A stretch of DNA of 64,000 bases from the NCBI RefSeq assembly GCF_006345805.1, contig NC_043005.1:52700001-52764000 (forward strand), read 5' to 3'. Below the pieces are notes generated by a model. That model was not told the origin of the DNA and ran no database searches. It worked only from the letters and a program-made list of their open reading frames with translations. The position numbers and the translations under genes are program-made. The DNA comes from Octopus sinensis (Eukaryota). Below, piece by piece: positions 41,420-55,914 of the stretch (its first letter is position 1; every line of letters begins with the position of its first letter).

Positions 41420-41701
41420 AAATTGCCTGGCTCATAAGGGCCGGTTTCCCGGCGTCCTTGGTGTATAGGTTCCCCACCTGGACGGGACGCCGGTCCGTCG
41501 CAGGTCAGCTGCAAGGTGCAGGAGGAAAGAGTGAGAGAAAGTTATGGCGAAAGAGTCAGCAGAAGATCGCCATTAACTTTGCCGGAGCTGCTTGGAGCTT
41601 AGGTGTTTCGCTCATAAACACACACATCGCCAGGTTTGAGATTCGAACCCGCGATCCCTCGACCGCGAGTCCGCTGCTCTAACCACTAGGCCATGTGCCT
41701 C
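41420..41701 (-). mobile_element. tRNA-derived SINE family E (V-SINE-like 3' motif)
   Basis: Head GGCACATGGCCTAGTGGTTAGAGC...GGGTTCGAATCTC; CCTGCGACGGACCGGCGTCCCGTCCAGG resembles the V-domain motif. Confidence 0.75.
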
Positions 41702-42054
41702 TACGTATAACGAAGTACATTAAAATATAAGTACCAGTTTCCAAGAATGTGTTTAATGTGTAAAATTAGCATATCCACTAACGTTACACCGCTGTATTTA
41801 GTGGCTATCTAAGCAGTGAGTTCGAACTTTTTTTTATTGATTGGAAAGGATAAAAATCAAAGTGGGCCTTGGCCAGACTTGAACCTAAGACGCCGAGAGT
41901 TAGATCAAATGCTAATGAAGGAGCAAAAACTCTTGAAATATGTCATATACGCCCGTTACCCATTTTCATCTTCGATCTCGTTTGTATTTGCATCAAGTGG
42001 CTTGCATACGAAACGTCGCAATAAAATTAATGTTGGCTATAATTACTATAGAGA

Positions 42055-42174
42055 ATCTGTGGCCATATCACGTTGAAAGCACCGGTTCTCGTCCGATCAC
42101 CGAAGTTAAGCAACGTCGAGCCTAGTTAAAACTTAGATGGCTGACCACTTGGGAAACCTAGGTGCTGTAAGCAT
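42055..42174 (+). pseudogene. 5S rRNA pseudogene
   Basis: 120 nt GGCCATATCACGTTGAAAGCACCGGTTCTCGTCCGATCACCGAAGTTAAGCAACGTCGAGCC...GGTGCTGTAAGC; 3' half (internal control region) mutated; solitary. Confidence 0.88.
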
Positions 42175-42181
42175 CACACAT

Positions 42182-42339
42182 ATAGACGCAGGAGCGACTG
42201 TGTGGTAAGTAGCTTGCTTACCAACCACATGGTTCCGGGTTCAGTCCCACTGCGTGGCACTTTGGGCAGGTGTCTTCTGCTATAGCCTCGGGCCGACCAA
42301 AGTCTTATGAGTTGATTTGGTAGACGGAAACTGAAAGAA
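42182..42339 (+). mobile_element. SINE family A head cut by assembly gap
   Basis: Ends at CTGAAAGAA, where the family's internal TA tract normally begins. Confidence 0.88.
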
Positions 42340-42439
42340 NNNNNNNNNNNNNNNNNNNNNNNNNNNNNNNNNNNNNNNNNNNNNNNNNNNNNNNNNNNNN
42401 NNNNNNNNNNNNNNNNNNNNNNNNNNNNNNNNNNNNNNN
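42340..42439. other. Assembly gap (100 N)
   Basis: N run. Confidence 1.
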
Positions 42440-42619
42440 CTGTTTAACCACATTAATGTGGTTTCAGAGTAAAGCTTTTGCTGCTAAAACTATAAAATTC
42501 CACAAAAGTGGGGTCTTCTTCACAAGGACAACTGAGGAACGCTCCACATTCTGGTTATCCCGACCCCAGATGCACATCGACTGGCGTCTCTCTCCTTCTC
42601 AAACTCCTCCGGTTTACAA

Positions 42620-42835
42620 ATGAAATTTCGGAGTAGGCCCATTCACACGGGTCATCCTCTCCACTTCACCCACCTTTCGACAAATTTACTAGGGAGCAGA
42701 ACTCCTGTCTCTAAACTAACGTTCCTTTTCAGGTTGAAATTGAAAAAGTCGATGAGGTCTTCGCGCCGAAAGGAAACTACTTGTCTTCAGTCCTTTCAAA
42801 CTTGTCTACCACACTATCCCTTACGCTCCAGACAG
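42620..42835 (-). mobile_element. L1/Tx1-type LINE ORF2 C-terminal remnant
   Basis: VW*TSLKGLKTSSFLS / EDLIDFFNFNLKRNVSLETGVLLPSKFVERWVKW resembles the L1/Tx1 ORF2 C-terminus. Confidence 0.6.
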
Positions 42836-42837
42836 TA

Positions 42838-42995
42838 TATGGGTGCGGCTGTGTGGTGACACACATGCTTCCGATCACAGGGTTTCCAGTTGATCCCACT
42901 GCATGGCACCATGGGAAAGTGTCCCTCTTCCATAGCCACGAGCCGACCGAAGCTTTGTGAGTGGATTTGGTAGAAACTGAATGTAGCCGTCGTGT
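42838..42995 (+). mobile_element. SINE family A head, diverged
   Basis: GGGTGCGGCTGTGTGGTG...GTGAGTGGATTTGGTAGAAACTGAA. Confidence 0.75.
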
Positions 42996-43380
42996 TGTGG
43001 TGCGCGTGAGTGTGCGTATGTGTCCCGTATGTGTACGGACTACATCTAGCGTCCACATACCTATATTTACCATATACATTAATGGCTGATTTAGGGAATC
43101 GTAATGTCTATACATCACAGGGGCTGCAATCGCCGAAAAACACCAACTATGCTACCATTCAATATCGAGTATTTCCGTTACCCCTTCAGTTCAGGACTGC
43201 TCATTCATCTATTCAGGGCTTCTTCTACCGTCAGCATGCCATTATTTACCATAAACATGTATGGCTGATTTAGGGAATCGCTAATGTACATGCAAAAATT
43301 GATATAAACAGCCATACGCAACGTGTTAGCAGCATAAAGGGAAAATATAATTGTCATTAAATGCGAGTAAGAGTGTCAAG

Positions 43381-43630
43381 ATACCTACATTGCTAGAAAT
43401 AAGAGCTAAAAAGCTCATTGTTGACGGTTGAGTAAGCCCGGAAATAGCCGAACGAGCAGCCCTTACTGAAGTGGCTATGGAAATAGCCGAAATTGAACGT
43501 TTAGTAAAGGAAATTGTCGAGTCGATGTTTTGGGGGCAATTACAGCCCCAGTGAGCATATAGGTATACGTTAATGTGCTTTTACTAGAGCATTAGAGAGT
43601 TTTATCTCTTATTTCTAGCAACGTAGTTAT
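43381..43630. mobile_element. MITE-like element with about 30-bp imperfect TIRs
   Basis: ATACCTACATTGCTAGAAATAAGAGCTAAAA vs TTTTATCTCTTATTTCTAGCAACGTAGTTAT. Confidence 0.55.
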
Positions 43631-43680
43631 TGTGACACCCTTAGTCGCATTTAGAGACAATAATATATATATATATATAT

Positions 43681-43759
<79 letters not shown>

Positions 43760-43995
43760 TAAGAGAGGTAGTTATAATATATAATATCTATTATATTACA
43801 TTATATTATGTTTTATTTTATCATATATATATATATATATATGCATGTATATACATATGTATATATATATGTATATATATATACATATATATATTATATA
43901 TAATATATATATATATATAATATGTATGTATATATATATATATATATATGTTATATATATATTATATATATATATATTATATAATATATATATAT

Positions 43996-44039
<44 letters not shown>

Positions 44040-44172
44040 TATATATATATATAGCGAGGTAGTTATAATATATAATATATCTATTATATTACATTATATT
44101 ATATTTTTATTTTATCATATATATATATATATATATATATGCATGTATATATATATGTATATATATGTATAT

Positions 44173-44218
<46 letters not shown>

Positions 44219-44255
44219 ATGTAAGTATATATATATATATTATATTATATATATA

Positions 44256-44309
<54 letters not shown>

Positions 44310-44601
44310 CAGGAAGGTTTACCAAAATAAACAAGAGACGAAGGCAGGTTTACGAAATGAACAAGAGACGAAGGCGGGTGGAATACAAACAAACAATTGT
44401 ATTAGAATGGCGCTCAGGAGTAGAAGTAAACAAGTCTTTTACGTTTCCACACTACGCTCTACGACAGAAAGATACACAAAAAAGAAACAAGTGGAGAAAC
44501 AAGAGAGAAAAAAATGCGTGCAGGAGCTAACGATTCACATGGCGTTCTGATTTCAGCCAGGGGTCAGACATCAAACGTTAATATATATATATAATATATA
44601 T

Positions 44602-44634
<33 letters not shown>

Positions 44635-44640
44635 GTTTAT

Positions 44641-46620
<1,980 letters not shown>

Positions 46621-46873
46621 TATTCATATATAACACACAAATTTCTGCACATGAAACCAGAGTTTCTACCGTTCGATATGTCGCTTCAACCGTATTTCTG
46701 ACGTGAATTTGCTACCCTGGTATCGGTTCATCGAATTTTCCATGTTGACGGTAAACATAGGATAATTCATTCACCTATCGAAATATATATATATATTGAT
46801 TGATTCTAGCTTCAGCTCATGAGCTGTGGCCATGCTGGGGCACCGCCATTTGGTGTTGCTACATGGTTTTACT

Positions 46874-47218
46874 TCACGAATGCTTTTTAGCAAATGACAT
46901 TTGGTGCATGAGAGAGTTCGATGCAGCTGCCCTCATCTGCACCTCCTGCCGTGAAGTTGGTTCATCTGGGATACCTGACAAGAAGAGATCCAGTTTCCTT
47001 TTAAAGACATCTGCATCCACCCCATGCAGGTCTCTTAGATTCTTCGGGAGGATATTGAAGAGCTCTGGGCCTCGGAAGCCCAGGCTATCACAGTATCTTG
47101 TCCTACATCTTGATGGCAAATTTGGAGTCCTAGGCACAACGCAGTGGCGCCCAGGTTTGGCATTTGTGTAACTTTCGATGCCAAAGTTTGGGACAAGTCC
47201 CTCCAGGATATTATGTAT
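46874..47218 (-). mobile_element. CR1/L2-type LINE 3' fragment
   Basis: ILEGLVPNFGI...GRHCVVP...SLGFRGPELFNILPKNLR...VDVFKRKLDLFLSGIPDEP...AAASNSL. Confidence 0.85.
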
Positions 47219-47237
47219 ATTGTATATATATATAATA

Positions 47238-47810
47238 TTGGGTCATATCGTAGATAATGCGGTTTTTCCATACTTATTTTTGCAAAATTACGAAAAAACA
47301 AATTCATTTTTTAAAAATCCAAAATATACTCTCCTTCTACATTGTTCTTCTGTCTCTCTGGTAGACTTACAAGGTCCCACTTCCAAAATTCACTTGTCCG
47401 TGACAAAAAATACTCTTCATGTACAGTTCTGACCTCATCTACAGAATTTATATTTTAACCGTCCAAATGATTTTGAAGACTTCGGAATAAGTGATAATCA
47501 GATGGGGCAATGCCTGGCGATTATGGTGGGTGGGGCATCGTTTCTCATTCAAACTGCTCCAGCCTTTGGAATGTCACTCTCGCTGTATATGGCCGAGGAT
47601 TATCCGGATGGAGGAACACTTTTCGTCTTGAAACCATTTTCTGATAGCGCTGGTGTCGATGAACCGTTGAATGATCAATCAATATGACGTAATCTATATG
47701 ACCCTTGGCTTAAATGGTAGAGCACTCGAACCAGATATCGGAGGAGTGGTCGATCCTCATGGCTGGTTGAAGCCAAAATATTTTCTGCTCTTAAAAGGAT
47801 TTTATCCTTT
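47238..47810 (-). pseudogene. Mariner remnant (3' half plus TIR)
   Basis: RRKVFLHPDNPRPYTARVT...PHPP*SPGIAPSDYHLFRSLQNHLDG...SLPER...EGEYILDF*; TA-TTGGGTC TIR-like end. Confidence 0.9.
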
Positions 47811-47972
47811 ATATACACAGTGTGTGTGTATTTATACATGCATATGCATATTTGACCATGCGCTTCAGAGAGAGGATGCACGTACATGTATGCATTTATA
47901 TGTACATTATATATATATATAAATGTGTGTTTGTGTATATGTGTGTGTGCGTACATGTCTATGCATATATGT

Positions 47973-48027
<55 letters not shown>

Positions 48028-48905
48028 TGTATATATATATACACACACACACATATGTATATATCAACATACATATCCATATATGAATATATATGTGTAT
48101 ATTTATGCATATATGCATATCTTTGCATTATTTATATGTGTGTGCATGCACGTGCGTGTGCGTGTGTGTCTGTGTGTGTGAGTTAGCATGTGTTTGTGTG
48201 TGTGTGACGATATCACTATTTATGAACGTATGCATGTAGAAATGGCGAGGGAATACTCGTTCAATGAACACCAGATTAATGCTCGTAAAAGTTCAAAACA
48301 TTTCAAATCCAGTTTCTTAATAAGGGACTTTTTCCCCCTGGAACAAGAGCTGGATATAAGAACTGTACACTTCGAAAGTATGGCATTATGTATCATCGAT
48401 ATTATTAATAAGATGGTTGTATAACCATTAAGAGAAATTTCATTAGCAATGCATAAATATATTCCTAGATCGTTTTGTACGTCTGTGTGAACAAATCCAG
48501 TGACTATTTGACACGAAAATATCGATACAGAAAATATCGATACAGAAAATATCTATCAAGCAGTAATCATAAAGAACAAATTAGCAAAAAAACACAATAT
48601 ATGGAAGCTTTTAGATTTGAAGAGACGATTGTTTTGTGCAGAAGGAATTGGAAAATTCGTTTTATGTAGTTTAAATGCATGATAAGACGGTGAACTAGCA
48701 GAATCGATAGCGGTGCAAGCAAATTGCTTAGCGAAATTTTGTTCGTCCTTCCTTTCTGCGTTCGAATCCCGTCGAGAAATAGGAAACAATGAAAGAATAA
48801 CGAAAATAACAAAGAATAAACAAAAACTGAGGAAAAACGAAATGAGACCAGAATCAGGGTGTGTGTGTGTGTGTGTGCGAATATATATATATATATATAT
48901 ATATG

Positions 48906-49126
48906 TTTCTTTAATACCCACAAGTGGCTAAACACAGGGGGGGGGACAGACAAACGGATTAAGTCGATTATATCGACCCCAGTGCGTAGCTGGTACTTAT
49001 TTAATCGACCCGAAAGGATGAAAGGCAAAGTCGATCTCGGCGGAATTTGAACTCAGAACGTAACAGCAGACGAAATACGACTATGCATTTCGCCCGGCGT
49101 GCTAACGTTTCTGCCAGCTCGCCGGC
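48906..49126 (-). mobile_element. SINE family B
   Basis: Near-consensus copy; paralog at 61707-61935. Confidence 0.9.
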
Positions 49127-49189
49127 TTTTTATAATATATATAATTATATATATATATAATTATATATATATAATTACATATATATACA

Positions 49190-49400
49190 CAGGGTGCAGC
49201 AGTCCTTTTTGCATTTAATAACTTTTACAGTATACAAGTGTTTATTAAGTAATTTTTTTATTGAACATAAATTTACTGCATTAGTTAAAGAAACAAATAA
49301 TTAAGTTATGAAGAAATCGCTAAACTTTTGGGTAATTAAGTATTAACCCATCAAAACAATATGATTCAACATAAAAGGGTGTTACTTCAGCCGCACACTG
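49190..49400. mobile_element. Short Tc1/mariner-type MITE
   Basis: CAGGGTGCAGC...GCCGCACACTG-TA imperfect TIRs; paralog 61997-62207. Confidence 0.45.
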
Positions 49401-50984
49401 TATATATGTGTGTGTGGGTGTGTGTGTTTTCACATGCATATCTTTCTATATATGTAGACATGTGTTTATATATAGAAAGATTCGATGGACAGATAGAGAG
49501 AAAGAGATAGGGAGAGAGAGAGATTAATAATTCATGTATATTTATGTGTGCATAGAAATGCTAAATCTTAAAAGAAATATTAACAAATTTACCTCTGTAA
49601 TGCCGGCCCCAAATATGACTTTGATTTTCACTTTTTACCAAAATTAAATAAAGTTTCGCCACTTATGTGAATATTCTGTTATTCAGATAATTCTACTGTC
49701 TTCCTTCGCAGCTTGTATCGGATAAGTATACTGACTGAACTACCCAGTTGTTTTAACTCTCTAAATGCATTTTTTAAAAACGACACCGTCAATTTTTTGT
49801 TTCTGTTGATTCTTGTGACTGGCTACACTCGTTTTCTATCCGGAACATAAATCCGTTTTCCAACACTTCACATCTGTTGTCGAAGTGGTTGCAGAGCAAC
49901 ACGATATTAAGTGGTTTGGATAACACAACATACCTCCCGTTCCAGGAATTGAAACCGAGATACCGTTATTAGCGACATTTCGTTCGTCTTTCCTTTCTGC
50001 GTTCGAATCCCGCCGAGAAAACAAAAACTGAGAAAAAACAAAATGAGACCAGAATCAGGGTGTGTGTGTGTGTGCGAATATAAAAGCCCTCAATGTTGGT
50101 TTCCTTGTCCTGTTTTTATGCTTTATGTGTACTGTATTTTTATTTGTATTGCTTTTACGTCCTGTTCTTGTCACTTCTTTTCTTTTTTTACCCCTCTGCA
50201 AAAGGAATTTTATTTAATTCCTTCCGCAGGAAGGACTGCTTCGGCGGATCGTGTTCTGCCCTTACCTTCGAGCTGGCAGAAACGTTAGCACGCCGGGCGA
50301 AATGCGCCAGGTCATGCGCCCTCAAAAGCAATCAAATTACCAAAACTTTATTTGTCATATGTCCTGGCAACACCCAGAGAATATTCTTATCTACTTGACG
50401 CCTTTCTAAAATAAACGCCATTGTTTTTATCGATTATTGGGATGGCGATATCTGCTCAAAGACACGACCTCATCTCTCTAGTTACTAAAATGCAAACCCG
50501 ACGAATTTTTATGGTTTCCTAGAAAAGATTAAAGAGTCGGTTCTAAATGAGGTTTGTTGTTCACTGATTACATGACGATGGTCAGAGGCGTTTCAGTCGT
50601 GATCATCCCGTCGATTTACTTCTATTCCTTTGGTTGATGTGTTCTGTCCGTCGTTAAAACCATAGAATGTGAAACAGTGGAAGTTGGCTATTATTCCTTA
50701 ACGTTGTTTCAAATGCTTACGATAGGGTTGATAGCGCAAATGATCGATTGATGGACATTCATTAGTCCTGAAACCCTCATCTGCAAAAATTATTGGAATT
50801 TACCACATGGAGTGGATGTTAATTTTCATAGATCTCTCCGAAATCTCGCCGTTTTATATAAGTCCTGCCTTACTATCAAGACGAACCATTCACTAGTTAA
50901 ATGGCATCTGTGACTAAATCATGTTTGGAATAGTGAAATGTTCATGTGCATGGATGATCCCAAGTACAATACGAGCTCTACCTT

Positions 50985-51386
50985 GCGAGCTGGCAGAAAG
51001 TTTAGCACGCCGGGTGAAATGCGGAGCCGTATTTCGTCTGCCGTTACGTTCTGGGTTCAAATTCCGCCGAGGTTGACTTTGCCTTTCATCCTTTCGGGAT
51101 CGATTAAATAAGTACCAGTTACGCACTGGGGTCGATATAATCGACTTGATCCGTTTGTCTGTCCTTGTTTGTCCTCTCTGTGTTTAGCCCCTTGTGGGTA
51201 GTGAAGAAATATGTATTTCGCCTGTCTTTACGTTCTGAGTTCAAATACCGCCGAGGTCAACTTTGCCTTTCATCCTTTCGGGGTCGATAAATTAAGCACC
51301 AGTAAAACAATGGGCCGATGTAATTGACTAGACCCCTTCCTTCAAATTTCAGGCCATGTGAATATGGTGGAAAGGATTATTATTAG
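50985..51386 (+). mobile_element. Two consecutive SINE family B copies
   Basis: 50985-51211 young-type tail; 51212-51386 older-type tail. Confidence 0.85.
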
Positions 51387-52148
51387 ACATTTTTAGAGAG
51401 TTACTTCCCTTATATAATAGCGAAAAATGCATTAAAATGGAATAAAAATGATGGTAATTTTTTTTAAATCGTAGACTCATCCTAGACGCGCGCTAATACC
51501 CAGAAGGGCTCGATATGAATCACAACTATAAGATACCCGGTTTTGGTTACACTGCAACGCAAAATGTGGGAGTAGTTAGGAATCTAAATCGTAGGAGACA
51601 GATACACAACCTTACTTTTATATTTAAAGATTTGTGCAACAACTAAAACATTCGGTTGTGCAAATTGTTTGCACAGGAAACCTGCCCTGTGTGGCGGTTT
51701 TTGCCGTTTTTGTGGATCTGTTTCAGCTTTTTTAGCGATTTCTGTTTTGGCCCCTTCAAGCCATGAAGTCGTTGTTCTAAAAGAACGCTGGTCTCCTTGA
51801 CAACGCATTACGACGTTGATTTCCTTACACTCCCTTCCCCACAGCTTCACGAGGGAGGGAAGAAGGGGGAGAACCAACACGGGTGCAGGCGTGAGCGTGG
51901 ACGCCAACTCCGCCGCCATCGACACACGAAAAAATATGCATTAAAATGGAATAAAAAATTATGTTAAATTATTTTTAAAATCGTAGACTCATCGTAAACG
52001 TGCGCTAATACCCAGACGCGCTCGATATGAATCGCGACTATAAGATACCCGAATTTGGTTAAGCTGCACCGCAAAATGTGGGAGTAGTTAGGAATCTAAA
52101 TCGAAGAGGACAGACACTCACACAACTACATTTTTATATATATAGATA
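51387..52148 (-). mobile_element. Pair of Helitron-N 5' halves joined by about 300 bp of extra sequence (block B1)
   Basis: Reverse complement of the 7652-8047 family; 3' CTAG end absent; duplicated in 54610-55372. Confidence 0.75.
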
Positions 52149-52319
52149 TATTTTCTATGTTATATTTTCTTTTTTTATGTTTTTGTTTTTGGTTTTTCAA
52201 TGTTTGATTTGCCTCTTAGTGGTTTTATCTCTAATTTAATTTATACAGATATATATCTCATTTGTATACATTTGTATATATAATGCGTGCACACACACAC
52301 ACACATATATATATATACA

Positions 52320-53532
52320 CATATATATATATATAATGTGTGCATTACGTAGTCGGTCGATTCAGCTGAAAATATGCACACCTATGTTAAAGGTGCTGAC
52401 AAGTTTGCATGACAACTATTTTTTTCCTCAAATGAAAGGCGTCACCTCTAGGACAAAATTCCTCATCTTATAAAATGTGGCCCCAGTAGACCCGAATGAA
52501 ATCGGGTTATATTAACCAAAATGTGAAAAGGGGTCTAAATGGGGCTGGAAGGGGATTAAAATTTCAAGGAGCGGGTGTTTAGGAATTCTCTGTTACATCA
52601 AGCTAAAAATTTTGCGCCAGCCTTTTAATCTTCAATGTGTTGCCGTCCATGATAAAGAAGTTTTGAATGCTTGCCATGGTGAGTCTACTGTCGTGAGAAA
52701 GAATCACTTGAAAACTTGGTGTTTACGAATTTTCTTTCACATCAAGTTCAAAATTTTACGCCAGCCGTTAAACTGTCACTACGTTGCTGTCCGTCGTTAA
52801 CAAATGCCAGCCATTGTGACTCTACTATCCTCAGATTCTATCCCTTCAAACTTTGGTTTCCAATATTTTATTATTTTTATTCAGCTCGCAAGTTCGTTTG
52901 TCCCTTTTAAATGTTAGCGTTTTGCTGTCTGCCTTGAAGCAGACCTTTCCATTGCCACTGCCTCATATTTCTGATTGATCTTTCTAAATATTTTATTTCT
53001 CAACAAACTCAAGATCTTCTGTTGTTTATAAATGGGAGAGAGATAGATAAAGATAGAGTGTAAGAGAAAGCGAGGGAGAGTCCGAGAGAAAATAAAAGTA
53101 ACAGAGTGGGAAAGTGAGAGAGAAAGGAGAGAGCAACAAAGAGGGAGAATCATCATCATCATCATCATCGTTTAACGTCCGTTTTCCGTGCTAGCACGGG
53201 TTGGGCAGTGTGACTTGGGTCTCGGAAGCCAGGAGACTGCACCAGGCTCCAGTCTGATCTGGCAGTGTTTCTACAGGTGGATGACCTTCCTAACGCCAAC
53301 CACTCTGTGAGTGTAGTGGGTGCTTTTTTCGTGCCGCCGGCACTGGTACCGGGGGGGGGCTCGCAGTGGCGACGATCGGTTGGTGCTTTTTACGTGCCAC
53401 CGGCACAGAACCAAGTCAAGGCGGTGCTGCAATCGGCCACGTTCGGATGGTGCTTTTTACGTGCTGAAAGGAAGCAGCAGAAAGTAACAACCACACTCTT
53501 ACCCGCGCGTAGAGCGGGTCACCTTCAGCTAG
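52320..53532 (+). mobile_element. Probable non-autonomous Helitron carrying a retroposon insertion
   Basis: 3' hairpin ACCCGC-GCGTAGA-GCGGGT then CTAG|T (53529-53532); 5' end inferred in a TA tract. Confidence 0.55.
53149..53464 (-). mobile_element. Non-autonomous retroposon with RTE-like (GAT)n tail
   Basis: Minus strand ends GGAAAACGGACGTTAAAC(GAT)n; internal GGTGCTTTTTACGTGCC repeats; paralog 56730-57040. Confidence 0.7.
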
Positions 53533-53943
53533 TATATATATAAAACTGAATTGCGTTTTTACCGCTTGGATCGCTTTCAATGCCACTACATCCCGTCCGA
53601 TTCGCTCCAAAATTTACAGGGACATGTAGAATGAGGTGACGATGCGTGTGGGCTACCTTAGAAATCCCTATATTAAAAGCTGTGGTTTCTAGGGGCCATC
53701 TTCCTACCTCACCCTATTTCCTCCAGTTCTCTGTCACTCCTCTTCATTTATAACTTTCAGAAGTCCATTACGGTTATTTAAAGTATCTGTCACTATCGCT
53801 ATTTCCTTTCTTTTTCACTGACTCTGTTTCCTACCTTCCTATCACTTCGGCGGCGTTCTTTGAAGTATATGTCTGTCACCAACAATCAACACACGAGCAT
53901 GAGAACAAATATTATGAATCAGATATTCTTGCGTTCATTTATA

Positions 53944-54212
53944 TGTGTGTGTGTGTGTGTGTTCTATATATAAATATGTATATATAATGTATGTGTGTGT
54001 GTTCTATATATAAATATGTATATATAATGTATGTGTGTGTGTGTGTGTTCTATATATAAATATGTATATATAATGTATGTGTGTGTGTGTGTTCTATATA
54101 TAAATAAGTATATATAATGTATGTGTGTGTGTGCGTGTTCTATATATAAATATGTATATATAACGTATGTGTGTGTGTGTGTTCTATATATAAATATGTA
54201 TATATAATGTAT
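53944..54212. repeat. Minisatellite of about 40-46 bp, roughly six units
   Basis: (GT)n-TCTATATATAAATATGTATATATAATGTAT units. Confidence 0.9.
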
Positions 54213-54361
54213 ATATACAAAGTGAATATATCTGTATTTATGTATATTAAACTTTTTCATACTTTTTCATAGTTATATATATTTTAAAACAAATTATAAA
54301 TATAATTTAATAATTTTTATTTTCAATTTAAATAATTTAAAGTTTTCAATTTTATATTTTA

Positions 54362-55372
54362 CTAGCAGTATCGCCCGGCGTTGCTCGGATTTGTAAGGGA
54401 AATAACTATATAAGCATTTTTAGTGAGTTATAGCAAAAAAATAGCAAAAAATGCTTTAAAAATGGAATAAAAAATGATAGTAATTTTTTGTTAATCGTTG
54501 ATTCATCGTAGACATTTTTAGAGAGTTACTTCCCTTATATAATAGCGAAAATGCATTAAAATGGAATAAAAAATGATGGTAATTTTTTTTTTATCGTTGA
54601 CTCATCGTAGACATTTTTAGAGAGTTACTTCCCTTATATAATAGCGAAAAATGCATTAAAATGGAATAAAAAATGATGGTAATTTTTTTTTTAAATCGTA
54701 GACTCATCCTAGACGTGCGCTAATACCCAGAAGGGCTCGATATTAATCACGACTATAAGATTCCCGGTTTTGGTTACACTGCAACGCAAAATGTGGGAGT
54801 AGTTAGGAATCTAAATCGTAGGAGACAGACACACAACCTTACTTTTATATATAAAGATTTGTGCAACAACTAAAACATTGGGTTGTGCAAATTGTTTGCA
54901 CAGGAAACCTGCCCTGTGTGGCGGTTTTTGCCGTTTTTGTGGATCTGTTTCAGCTTTTTTAGCGATTTCTGTTTTGGCCCCTTCAAGCCATCAAGTCGTT
55001 GTTCTAAAAGAACGCTGGTCTCCTTGACAACGCATTACGACGTTGATTTCCTTACACTCCCTTCACCACAGCTTCACGAGGGAGGGAAGAAGGGGGAGAA
55101 GCAAACAGGTGCAGGCGTGAGTGTGGTGGCCAACTCCGCCGCCATCGACACACGAAAAAATATGCATTAAAATGGAATAAAAAATGATGTTAAATTATTT
55201 TTAAAATCGTTGACTCATCGTAGACGCGCGCTAATACCCAGACGGGCTCGATATGAATCACGACTATAAGATACCCGAATTTGGTTAAACTGCACCGCAA
55301 AATGTGGGAGTAGTTAGGAATCTAAATCGAAGGGGACATACACTCACAAAACTACAGTTTTATATATATAGA
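54362..55372 (-). mobile_element. Complete Helitron-N (54362-54857, internal ~100-bp unit repeated) plus second copy (block B2)
   Basis: ACTAGCAGTATCGCCCGGCGTTGCTCGG (3' end) to TATATATAAAGA (5' TC). Confidence 0.8.
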
Positions 55373-55527
55373 TATATTTCTATGTAATATTTTCTTTTTT
55401 TATGTTTTTGTTTTGGTTTTTCACTGTTTGATTTGCCTATTAGTGGTTTTATCTCTAATTTAATTTATACAGATATATATCTCATTTGTATATATAATGC
55501 GTGCATACACACACACACACATATATA

Positions 55528-55905
55528 CACTTGCGTCAGAAATTAATTAGCACTTCTCAAATTTCTACATTAAATAGGTTAAATCAATTAACCTATGAGC
55601 TGTTCAAAACGTCTTACGCGAAGAGAAAACTTAGTATGGTGTGATTTCGGTCCTTGCCAGGCGCTACCTATATCTATTAAACAAAGGAAGATTTGTCTGC
55701 ATCCGCACTCCAAGTTGTTGCACTGCTATGTCAACATCATAAGGCTGTAGACTCTCAAACTGCTCTGCAAACAAAGTTACGTCATCGTTCTGCGCAACAG
55801 TGAACTCGCAACAAAGCAATAGTTCGAGATATGGCCACTAGGTGACAGCACATACCTTGAGTGAAGAGCAAATCAAGGGTGCTAATTAATTTCTGACAGC
55901 TAGTG
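55528..55905. mobile_element. Tc1/mariner-type MITE, 378 bp, TA TSD
   Basis: TIRs CACTTGCGTCAGAAATTAATTAGCAC / GTGCTAATTAATTTCTGACAGCTAGTG; absent from paralogous site near 52315. Confidence 0.85.
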
Positions 55906-55914
55906 TATATATAT

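Noticed and set aside
41600-41701. tRNA gene
   Set aside because: A/B boxes continue into a SINE body with no acceptor-stem 3' half; other SINE heads rejected likewise.
42055-42174. Functional 5S rRNA gene
   Set aside because: Solitary, mutated in the internal control region, and lacks a T-run terminator.
42733-42835. Exon VEIEKVDEVFAPKG after a good-looking acceptor
   Set aside because: The opposite strand matches an L1/Tx1 ORF2 C-terminus and no good donor follows.
48188-48424. 78-aa ORF conserved in both duplicate copies
   Set aside because: Conservation is explained by the duplication; the differences I checked are non-synonymous; it starts in a TG repeat.
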